Origin: Guillardia theta CCMP2712
Taxonomy: Eukaryota > Protista > Cryptophyta
Assembly (NCBI RefSeq): GCF_000315625.1
Contig: NW_005434523.1
Location: 102,054 to 137,079, forward strand
Reading direction: 5' to 3'
DNA: 35,026 nt
The notes beneath the pieces were generated by a model. That model made no database searches. It saw only the letters and a list, made by a program, of their open reading frames with translations, and had not been told where the DNA came from. The translations under genes were made by a program, and so were the position numbers. Below are positions 25,928 through 35,026 of this stretch, in pieces (the stretch's first letter is position 1; each line of letters starts with the position of its first letter).

Positions 25928-26760
25928 GAGCACACAGACGCGGAGGAGCGGGAGGACGAGGAGGAGGGTGAGGCGAAGGATGAGCAAGGGGAGGCAGAGG
26001 GGAAGGTATAAAAGGGGCCTGTGGGTTGTATAATAAGGGTCGAATGGTCTAGAAGGATACAAAAACGTCATCATCATCACGCTTGCCTGATCGTGACCGG
26101 AGTAACCCTCCCCAGGCGTTGCATTATGAGACCTACACCCGGTATCCGAGATCACTCGGCTCTAAATCAGTCTTGAGGGCAGGACGAGGATACGAGATAG
26201 GACTGTGGGCCTTGTGTCAGCTTCGGAGAGCATATCTGCTCTAAAACACTTGTACCGGCTCGACCCGCTTCAAAAGGCTAGATGACCGTATTTGTAACTC
26301 CGAGCATATCGCACCTGTCCAGATGGTTCGAACGCAACTCTCCGTGGGGAGTACATGGTTCACTGGTATCCGAGACCACCTCGCTTCAGAGCTTACCAGT
26401 CGCAGGCGTTGCCTGTCAAAACGCAGCTCCTCGTCGGGGATACCCCTCCCCAAACGTTGCGTACTGAGACCTTCCCTCCCTACTTTACCCCACAGCCCCT
26501 CCCCTCCCTCCCACGCTTCCCTCCTCACTTCCACGACCATCCCCNNNNNNNNNNNNNNNNNNNNNNNNNNNNNNNNNNNNNNNNNNNNNNNNNNNNNNNN
26601 NNNNNNNNNNNNNNNNNNNNNNNNNNNNNNNNNNNNNNNNNNNNGACCTCTGCCGCCCTCCTCCCCCGCCGACCCCAACCGTCAGACAAGCCTCCATGCC
26701 TCGCCTCCCCCGGACTCCTCCGTCCCTGCCGCCCGTCCCTGCCGCCTCCCCGAGGGCTCC

Positions 26761-26967
26761 CCGACCTCCCCGTCCATCTCCCCCGCCGGCCGCGTCCAGC
26801 AGCACAGCTCCTACTTCCACGCGCTCCAGGCGACCGGCAGGACCATGAGCCGGTCCATCGACGCGAGGGGCAACTTCCTCGTCTCCCCGCCGAGCCGCTG
26901 CGGTCAGGCAGACCTCGAGGGCTGCGTCCTCATCAGCGCGGACGCGAGCAAGGGCTCGCGGAGGTAG
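26761..26967 (+). CDS. Family B unknown ORF, cassette 2 (conserved part; start undefined)
   Basis: PTSPSISPAGRVQQHSSYFHALQATGRTMSRSIDARGNF…KGSRR*; almost every codon ends in G or C, like the ATPase gene. Confidence 0.45.
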   Translation, partial: PTSPSISPAGRVQQHSSYFHALQATGRTMSRSIDARGNFLVSPPSRCGQADLEGCVLISADASKGSRR

Positions 26968-27222
26968 CGCCCGACGACTCCGAGCCTCACCAGCCAGCAG
27001 CAGCAGAAGCAGGAGCAGCAGCAGGAGAGCTCCATGTAGTGTATCTAGCGTCAATGAAGTACCAACTCAACCATCTCCTCCCCATGCCTACAGTCTCCGG
27101 GCCTTGCTTCTCCTCCTCCCTCTCCCCTCTGCTTACGGTCCTCAGCCCGGAGGGGCGATCAGCGCCTCCTCTGCCATCTCGTCCTACCTCACACCCTGCT
27201 TATCCAGACGCCGTTGCCTTCC

Positions 27223-27449
27223 TGTTAGGGGTTACGTAAGCGGTTACGAATACTTCAGTCAACTAGCTGTCTTATCCGGTTGGTTTGGTTGGTTTGGTAG
27301 GTTTTGGTCGAATAAAATGGATCCGAACTTTCTATACGTTCAGTGAGCGCGATTGTGATGAGGTTCCTGTTTGCTTGTTAACGCAAGTTATCAAGTTGGT
27401 TCAAGTTCACAGAGTCAAAGCACATCATCAGGATTGTCAATCCCTAACA
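27223..27449 (+). mobile_element. 5' LTR (227 bp) of a Ty3/gypsy-like retrotransposon
   Basis: Starts TGTTAGGG and ends CCCTAACA (8-bp perfect inverted termini, TG…CA). AATAAA lies at 27311. It interrupts the cassette sequence abruptly after GCCTTCC and is followed by a PBS and gag. Confidence 0.88.
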
Positions 27450-27450
27450 T

Positions 27451-27462
27451 TGGTAGCGTAAG
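27451..27462 (+). promoter_or_regulatory. Primer-binding site TGGTAGCG…, tRNA-iMet-like
   Basis: TGG starts 1 nt after the LTR's CA end; TGGTAGC is complementary to the GCUACCA 3' end of many initiator Met tRNAs. Confidence 0.75.
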
Positions 27463-27547
27463 GTTTGGTTTTTGTTTGAAGTAATTGCGGATTGCGACAA
27501 TTTGATTTGATTTGATCGAAAAGGAGCTTGAAAGGTAACCTCTGGAT

Positions 27548-28950
27548 ATGCAATCGGATGTAGAAAGGATAAGAAGGTCTCCTGGAGATGGTCCTCTTGG
27601 AAGTTCAGGCTTGGCAGTCATGCTTGACAACTTCAGAAGGAGTTTCGGTGAGGAAACGTCTGAAGACAAGACGATGAGGGANNNNNNNNNNNNNNNNNNN
27701 NNNNNNNNNNNNNNNNNNNNNNNNNNNNNNNNNNNNNNNNNNNNNNNNNNNNNNNNNNNNNNNNNNNNNNNNNNNNNNNNNCGGAAATCAGCGAGACGTC
27801 GCGGGATTTTCGAGGATTCATATACCTTCTTATGATGGATCGGTTACGCAACAAGTGCGCGACAGGGAGGGCGCAGTGGACTTGGAAATTTCCAGGATTG
27901 CGTCTCCGGCAGGTTCGACCCGGCCGAGGTTCGAATCAGTGCAGTTTGAAGAATTGGTCGCTGCAAACAAGAAGTTGCGAGAAGAATTGCAACTCGCAAT
28001 GGACATGCAAGTAAAGTATGAAGCTTTCGTCAAGGAAGTGATGTTTCGTAAGGAAAGAGAGCTCGTCGAGACAAAACAGGAAATCTCTGTCCTTAGGGAA
28101 GAAAATAAAAAAATGTTCGAGGAAATGATGCAACGGTTCAGATTAAATGAATCAGGAGCAGTTCAATACCTTCCGATCAAGGAACCAAGAGGGGCTGATG
28201 CAACATGCAAGCAAAATGATACGAGCATGTCGAACGACATGTCAAGTCAGCATGTCAAGCAGGAGTCTTCCCTTGTGAAGTTTCATTCCAAGGATATTTC
28301 TCGATTTAATGGAGAAATGACTCTAGAATATTCCGTTGCAAGTTGGTTTGGGGAGCTTGAGTTTCAATTCCAGCGTCAAAGAATCCCTCCAGATCAAAAG
28401 GTTGACAATGCTGCAACATTAGTTGGTAATCGTGTGAGGAATTGGTTGCAAACATTGCGTGGCGAGGATAGATTAATTTCCACACAAGGTACTTGGGAAT
28501 CATTCAAATCGTTGCTGGTGAAGGAGTATTTGTCGTTGTCGCACTTGCAGTATATTTTGGGTGAGATTCAATGTACGATACAAGGGTCAGAGGAAAAGAC
28601 TTCGGATTTTGTCAACAGGTTTTCAGCTTTAGCAAATCATTTTATTGCTTGTGGCATGGTATTATTTCATGGACAAGGACAAGTCGAGACAGCTTGCACG
28701 AGGTTTGGTCTTGAACGGTATTTTGCACAGAATTTGTTCAATGAGGTGACCGCGAGTTTCGTCATGAGGTTGTTGATTGACTTGGAAAAGCAAAATGTGA
28801 ACAAGACTTTGAGTATCGGGAGTTTGTTGCCAGCATTGTATCGAGAAGCTAAGTCCATGGATTTGACAACCGATGCGTATAGGAATGACAGGTCAACGCA
28901 TCATGAGGTTTCGTACGATGATGAGTCAGTGGAGGATACCGACGAAGATT
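27548..28950 (+). CDS. gag: Retrotransposon Gag (capsid) polyprotein, interrupted by gap 27682-27781 and truncated by the gap from 28951
   Basis: Open AT-richer frame from 27783 to the gap. A coiled-coil N-terminal part is followed by a Ty3/gypsy capsid pattern: ISRFNGE…VASWFGELEFQF…QKVDNAATLVGNRVRNWL…TWESFKSLLVKEY…IQGSEEKTSDFVNRF. The ATG at 27548 is a presumed start across the gap. Confidence 0.85.
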
Positions 28951-30417
28951 NNNNNNNNNNNNNNNNNNNNNNNNNNNNNNNNNNNNNNNNNNNNNNNNNN
29001 NNNNNNNNNNNNNNNNNNNNNNNNNNNNNNNNNNNNNNNNNNNNNNNNNNNNNNNNNNNNNNNNNNNNNNNNNNNNNNNNNNNNNNNNNNNNNNNNNNNN
29101 NNNNNNNNNNNNNNNNNNNNNNNNNNNNNNNNNNNNNNNNNNNNNNNNNNNNNNNNNNNNNNNNNNNNNNNNNNNNNNNNNNNNNNNNNNNNNNNNNNNN
29201 NNNNNNNNNNNNNNNNNNNNNNNNNNNNNNNNNNNNNNNNNNNNNNNNNNNNNNNNNNNNNNNNNNNNNNNNNNNNNNNNNNNNNNNNNNNNNNNNNNNN
29301 NNNNNNNNNNNNNNNNNNNNNNNNNNNNNNNNNNNNNNNNNNNNNNNNNNNNNNNNNNNNNNNNNNNNNNNNNNNNNNNNNNNNNNNNNNNNNNNNNNNN
29401 NNNNNNNNNNNNNNNNNNNNNNNNNNNNNNNNNNNNNNNNNNNNNNNNNNNNNNNNNNNNNNNNNNNNNNNNNNNNNNTCCTCCGACGCATGTCTCGGAC
29501 ATATCAGCAATTTATTCCTCGCCTACACCTTGCACGNNNNNNNNNNNNNNNNNNNNNNNNNNNNNNNNNNNNNNNNNNNNNNNNNNNNNNNNNNNNNNNN
29601 NNNNNNNNNNNNNNNNNNNNNNNNNNNNNNNNNNNNNNNNNNNNNNNNNNNNNNNNNNNNNNNNNNNNNNNNNNNNNNNNNNNNNNNNNNNNNNNNNNNN
29701 NNNNNNNNNNNNNNNNNNNNNNNNNNNNNNNNNNNNNNNNNNNNNNNNNNNNNNNNNNNNNNNNNNNNNNNNNNNNNNNNNNNNNNNNNNNNNNNNNNNN
29801 NNNNNNNNNNNNNNNNNNNNNNNNNNNNNNNNNNNNNNNNNNNNNNNNNNNNNNNNNNNNNNNNNNNNNNNNNNNNNNNNNNNNNNNNNNNNNNNNNNNN
29901 NNNNNNNNNNNNNNNNNNNNNNNNNNNNNNNNNNNNNNNNNNNNNNNNNNNNNNNNNNNNNNNNNNNNNNNNNNNNNNNNNNNNNNNNNNNNNNNNNNTG
30001 TCCCGCTGGGTTCGAACGCAACTCTCCGTGGGGGATATTGCTCTGACTGTTAGAAATGCAACCCCTCGTCGGGNNNNNNNNNNNNNNNNNNNNNNNNNNN
30101 NNNNNNNNNNNNNNNNNNNNNNNNNNNNNNNNNNNNNNNNNNNNNNNNNNNNNNNNNNNNNNNNNNNNNNNNNGCGCCTGTCAAAACGCAGCTCCTCGTT
30201 GGGAGTACCCCTCCCCAAACGTTGCGTACTGAGACCCTCCCTCCCTACTTTACCCCTCTGCCCCTCCCCTCCCTCCAGCGCTTCCCTCCTCACTTCCACG
30301 ACTCCCCAAACGTTGCGTAACCTCCTCCTCCCTGGACGTCTCCTTCTCCATACCCCTCCCTTCTCATGACCTCTGCCGCCCTCCTCCCGCCGACCCCAAC
30401 CGTCAGACAAAGCCTCC

Positions 30418-30690
30418 ATGCCTCCCCTCCCCCGAACCCCTCCGTCCCTGCCGCCCGTCCCTGCCGCCTCCCCGAAGAGCTCCCCGACCTCCCCGTCCAT
30501 CTCCCCCGCCGGCCGCGTCCAGCAGCACAGCTCCTACTTCCACGCGCTCCAGGCGACCGGCAGGACCATGAGCCGGTCCATCGACGCGAGGGGCAACTTC
30601 CTCGTCTCCCCGCCGAGCCGCTGCGGTCAGGCAGACCTCGAGGGCTGCGTCCTCATCAGCGCGGACGCGAGCAAGGGCTCGCGGAGGTAG
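30418..30690 (+). CDS. Family B unknown ORF, cassette 3 (90 aa if ATG 30418 is used)
   Basis: Same conserved C-terminal ~68 aa; this is the only copy where the upstream CCATG is clearly in frame. Confidence 0.45.
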   Translation: MPPLPRTPPSLPPVPAASPKSSPTSPSISPAGRVQQHSSYFHALQATGRTMSRSIDARGNFLVSPPSRCGQADLEGCVLISADASKGSRR

Positions 30691-31210
30691 CGCCCGACGA
30701 CTCCGAGCCTCACCAGCCAGCAGCAGCAGCAGCAGCAGGAGGAGGACTGAGAAGGAAGCGCAGGACGGGTAGAGGTAGCGGCAGCCCCCCAGGCACGCAC
30801 GGGCCCGAGCTGAGCCAGCTCCATGTAGTGTATCTAGCGTCAATGAAGTACCAACTCAACCATGTCCTCCCCATGCCTACAGTCTCCGGGCCTTGCTTGT
30901 ACTCCTCCCTCTCCCCTCTGCTTACGATCCTCAGCCCGGAGGGGCGATGACGGGCCTCTGCTCATCCAGCGACCCCGACGCCGTCGCCTTCCCTCCCTCC
31001 CCCTCCTCCGCATCGCGCTGCATGACCTTCGCTCCTCCCTTCCGCCCTCTCTCCCTCCTCCCGCCCTCCTCCCGCTCCTCCCGCTCTTCTTCGACGCATG
31101 TCTCGGACTTATCAGCAATTTATTCCTCGCCTACACCTTGCACGTACTCCCTCCTCTACTCTACATCGCCTTCTCTCCTTGTCCTCTCCTCCTGGGCGTC
31201 TTGGCCGGCT

Positions 31211-31579
31211 TTACTCCCTCTCTCCTCCCTCCTCCAGCAGCCCTTCCGTCGCCGCCGTCACGTCCTCCCACGACCTCCTGTGGCTCTCCTCCCCCGCCCA
31301 CACCGCCTTCCCCCGCCTAGCCGCGATCCTCCTCCTCGCCTCCGTCACTTCGCGCATGAGCTCTGTCCCGTCTGACTGGACGCGCAGAGCCTTGCCGGGC
31401 TTGGCGGCGGGGCCCTGGAAAGGGGAAGAAGAGCACATGCACGAACAGGAGCGATGTAGGGGCCAGCGTGCGTCGCAGTAGGCTTGCTGGGAGGGGGGGA
31501 GCTTGAAGACGGGGGCAGGGCGAGAGGAGGAGAAGGAGAGGTCGACGAGGGAGATAGACAAGGAGGAGGGGGGAGGCAT
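31211..31579 (-). CDS. Family A copy 7 (cassette 4), ~122 aa
   Basis: Full-length, near-identical to copy 5. Confidence 0.55.
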   Translation of the reverse strand: MPPPSSLSISLVDLSFSSSRPAPVFKLPPSQQAYCDARWPLHRSCSCMCSSSPFQGPAAKPGKALRVQSDGTELMREVTEARRRIAARRGKAVWAGEESHRRSWEDVTAATEGLLEEGGERE

Positions 31580-32439
31580 GAGCACACAGAGACGCGGAGG
31601 AGCGGGAGGACGAGGACGAGGATGAGGCGAAGGATGAGCAAGGGGAGGCAGAGGGGAATGAAGGGTCGAATGCTCTAGAAGGATACAAGAACGTCATCAT
31701 CACGCTTGCCTGATCGTGACCGGAGTAACCCTCCCCAGGCGTTGCATTATGAGACCTGCCCCCCGCCAACTCACTCACAGCGTTTCATAAAGTCCCCGTC
31801 AGCTGTCACGTTCATATCAAGGTCGCTGCTGTATACGAGACCACTCCGAGCTGTAAATCAGTCTTGAGGCCAGGACGAGGATACAAGATGGGACTGTGGG
31901 CCTTGTGTCAGCTTCGGAGAGCATATCTGCTCTAAAACACTTGTACTGCACGACCAGTAACTCCGAGCATATCTCATGAAAGACTGCACCTGTCCCGCTG
32001 GGTTCGAACGCAACTCTCCGTGGGGGATATTGCTCTGACTGTTAGAAATGCAACCCCTCGTCGGGCTCATGGTCCAACGGTATCCGAGACCACCTCGCTT
32101 CAGAGAGTCAGTATCATATTACCAGTCGCGCCTGTCAAAACGCAGCTCCTCGTTGGGAGTACCCCTCCCCAAACGTTGCGTACTGAGACCTTCCCTCCCT
32201 ACTTTACCCCACAGCCCCTCCCCTCCCCTCCCCTCCCACGCTTCCCTCCCCACTTCCACGACCATCCCCTCTTCATCCCCTCCTCCTCCCTGGACGTCTC
32301 CCTCTCCTACCCCCGCCCTTATCTCTCCGGGCGGCCGTGACCCTCCCCGCCGACCCCAACCGTCAGACAAGCCTCCATGCCTCGCCTCCCCGGACTCCTC
32401 CGTCCCTGCCGCCCGTCCCTGCCGCCTCCCGACGGGCTC

Positions 32440-32647
32440 CCCGACCCTCCCGTCCATCTCCCCGCCCGGCCGCGTCCAGCAGCACAGCTCCTACTTCCAC
32501 GCGCTCCAGGCGACCGGCAGGACCATGAGCCGGTCCATCGACGCGAGGGGCAACTTCCTCGTCTCCCCGCCGAGCCGCTGCGGTCAGGCAGACCTCGAGG
32601 GCTGCGTCCTCATCAGCGCGGACGCGAGCAAGGGCTCGCGGAGGTAG
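32440..32647 (+). CDS. Family B unknown ORF, cassette 4 (conserved part)
   Basis: Same conserved C-terminal block and TAG. Confidence 0.45.
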
Positions 32648-33099
32648 CGCCCGACGACTCCGAGCCTCACCAGCCAGGAGCAGCAGCGGCAGCAGCAGGA
32701 GCAGGAGCAGGAGGAGGAAGAGGAGGAGGAGAAGTCTCAGGTAGCCGTAGAAGGATAATCCCACTAGGCCCCTTCGCTTGTATCTTATCAATATACTTTT
32801 TTCTCATGTCATTGCATCCTGACAGTCTTTAGCTCGATACTTAACGGCAGTCTTGCCGCACTGCGGCAAACCTCGGACGCTGGCGGGGTCGCCACTGAAC
32901 AGTCCGAACCATATCCGGAGTGAAGTCACCTGTAACCGAGCCTGGCCCCTGATCGGATCAGTGTCCAGGCTGACAGTGACGGTGATTCAACTTAACTTGA
33001 GTATACGGGCCGGGCCGCCGCCCGCGCCCCCGGCCCGGCCGGGTCAGTACTGGGTTAAAAATCTACAGGCGGTACCGGGGTGGTGAAGGTGCCATCGGA

Positions 33100-34080
33100 T
33101 CGTCGGACTACCGGTCCAAGATAGATTACAAACAAGGTATTTAGTGGGGTGGGGTGAGGGGTCGCATCTGGGGGGACTCATTCCTGGACAGTGCCACTCT
33201 GCCTCGGGATAGAATAGAGTACCCTACCCACTAATTTTGATCAATTCTGAACGAAATACTAGGGGTACCTCAATGTCTCTGCCTAGAGAATGGGGGGGAT
33301 TTTCAACTTCGAGGCTTTGAGGGGGTGGGGTGACTGAAGTACCCATCTTTCAAGAGCAAATTTATTGTTTCAAGGGTGGGTCCTTCAATGCGGCACTCTA
33401 AAGTGTGCAGAGGGGTAGGGTCACATAAAAAATTCACTACAGGCAGGGGTGGTACCAATACCGTACTTTGGCCTCATTATGATTTTTCACCCCCTACCCC
33501 CCTAGAATTCACCCTACCCTACTAATCACCATATGTACCCTCTCTTTGTATGAAAACGTGTTTATTCCGTAGGGGTACCAATAGTTGTGTATGGGGTACT
33601 GGAACAAGTTTCAATCATTCAAGTAAGGTGGGGTAGTCGAGCGAAGCGATGAGATTGTCAGGGATGGGTAGGTGGTCCTGTGTTAACCTGGTGGGTGGGT
33701 TATCTGTGGGTAGGGTGTACAAAAGTGGGTGGGGGTGAATCAATACCGGGTCCAAACACCTTCAAGATCCTTATAAGTCCCAGGAGGGTGTATGATTGAG
33801 TTCACAAAATGATGGGTGGGGTACTTTTGTGAGGGGTAGAGGGGTAATCTCCCCGACACGTAGTAGTCCTGTCGTCATAATATGACCCCACCCAGGTCGT
33901 AATATTTTGGTCACCCCCACCCTCCAGTACAGACCTGTTTGATGGTGGATGTAATTGGTGGGGTGGGGGTATGTACCCCAGATGGCTATTGGGACCAAAA
34001 CGGGGTGGTTACCCCTACCTAGTATTTTCCCTACAGATCAATGGAAAATCGGGGGTAAGGTGGTCAGGCCCAAAACCCGT
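33100..34080. promoter_or_regulatory. GGGGT/ACCC-motif-rich upstream region of the peroxidase gene
   Basis: Same motif texture as 4560-5580; it ends immediately before the ATG at 34086. A regulatory role is inferred from position only. Confidence 0.4.
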
Positions 34081-34085
34081 AGGAA

Positions 34086-34837
34086 ATGCGCGTGTTAGCG
34101 CTTTCGCTTGCGGTGATCGGCGCCGCCATGGCGTTCGAGGTCCCTTCCTCCACCCTGCTCCTCTCTAGCAGAGCTCCAGGACTCTGCCAGGGAAGGTTCA
34201 CCCGCCCCATGGCTGTGAAGAGAGCTGGTGTTCGTGCTGGGAGAAGCGGAGTCGTCCGTGGCATGACCATGACGACGGTGGAAGAGAAGACGAAGCAGCT
34301 TGTGGGAGCGAAGGCGGCGCTGAAGGAGCTCATCGATCAGACCAATGCAAACCCAATCATGGTGAGAGGAGGAAACACCATAGCAAGGTGCAGGGGAGGT
34401 GTGGAGTCGAGGTTGGGAGGATTGGGCGTGAAGGGTCGGAGCTGTAAGAGTTGTGAAACCCTGAGAAGTGAAGCATGTCGTAGCACATGCGATGAGTTGC
34501 TCTGATCTTGATTCCACCTTGTTAACATTTTCCTGTTGAGCTTCCTCCCATTTCCAGCACTATCCTCTCTCCCTCCTCCGTATCCTGCCCCTTTCCTCGC
34601 AGTACCTGTAAACCAGAGGGAATCATTACGTTCTCTTCCTCCTCTCGACCTCTGAAGGACAGCCATGCTGCAGGTTCGTCTCGCCTGGCATGACTCTGGT
34701 ACCTACGACGACAGCATCAAGACTTTCCCCAAGGCTGGCGGCGCCACCGGCTCCATCCGCTTCGATCCCGAGATCCACCATGGCGCCAACGCTGGTCTGA
34801 CCAACGCCGTCAAGATGCTGGAGCCTATCAAGCAGCA
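34086..34837 (+). CDS. APX: Ascorbate peroxidase (class I heme peroxidase), plastid-targeted, 5' partial; exons 34086-34361 and 34674-34837
   Basis: Intron GTGAGA…TGCAG (34362-34673) joins ANPIM|[12 protein letters not shown], containing the distal Arg/Trp/His motif. It continues [21 protein letters not shown], then a GTAAG donor at 34838. The N-terminus is a signal peptide ending AMA-F followed by an S/R/A-rich transit peptide. Confidence 0.93.
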
Positions 34838-34844
34838 GTAAGAC

Positions 34845-35026
34845 ATGGAGGCATGGAGGAGAGATGGTGATGAGATGGTGATGAGATGAGGAGGAGGAGG
34901 AGGAGGAGAGATTAGGAGGAGAGATGGTGATGAGAAGGGGAGGAGGAGGAGGAGGAGGAGGAGGAGGAGAGATTAGGAGGAGAGACGGTAGGAGTGGAGG
35001 AAGAGGAGGAGGAGGAGGAGGAGAGG
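34845..35026. repeat. Intronic (GGA)n / GAGATGGTGAT repeats
   Basis: Directly visible. Confidence 0.9.

Larger units (their letters stand above)
23381..32700. repeat. Tandem array of four ~1.7-1.9-kb cassettes, the third interrupted by an LTR element
   Basis: The anchor AGCTCCATGTAGTGTAT occurs at 23403, 25315, 27028 and 30817. ORF B stop codons are at 25185, 26967, 30690 and 32647. Internal order is the same in each unit. Confidence 0.92.

Noticed and set aside
27223-27240. TTAGGG at the insertion start as a telomeric repeat
   Set aside because: A single copy that forms the LTR's terminal inverted repeat.
28951-30053. Extension of the gag ORF to 732 aa, and other ORFs running through Ns
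   Set aside because: Artefacts of N-gaps; the sequence after the gap is cassette DNA, not gag or pol.

Overview
Eukaryotic draft-genome scaffold with about 12 N-gaps. It is probably from a cryptophyte such as Guillardia theta; this is inferred from ~50-nt GT-AG introns, strong GC3 bias, a signal peptide ending A-F and microsatellite-filled introns. Left to right: (1) an intact 2-exon P2-type ATPase gene (minus, 3731-533) whose ion-site residues look ENA/Na+-type; (2) two multi-exon minus-strand genes, a coiled-coil hypothetical (~6.1-9.0 kb) and an SGNH/PC-esterase (NXPE/TBL-like) protein (~10.0-15.3 kb); (3) a ~17.5-kb repeat-rich island (15.5-33.1 kb); (4) the first two exons of a plastid-targeted ascorbate peroxidase (plus, from 34086). 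The island holds at least 7 copies of an unrecognised small ORF family ('A'). It also holds four tandem ~1.7-1.9-kb cassettes that pair ORF A divergently with a second unknown ORF ('B'). A Ty3/gypsy-type LTR+PBS+gag is inserted in the third cassette, and possible decayed retroelement sequence lies between the solo A copies. Motif-rich patches (GGGGT runs, CCGG-rich stretches, helically spaced GTAC) recur upstream of genes and ORF copies. No databases were searched; all family calls come from motifs read by eye.
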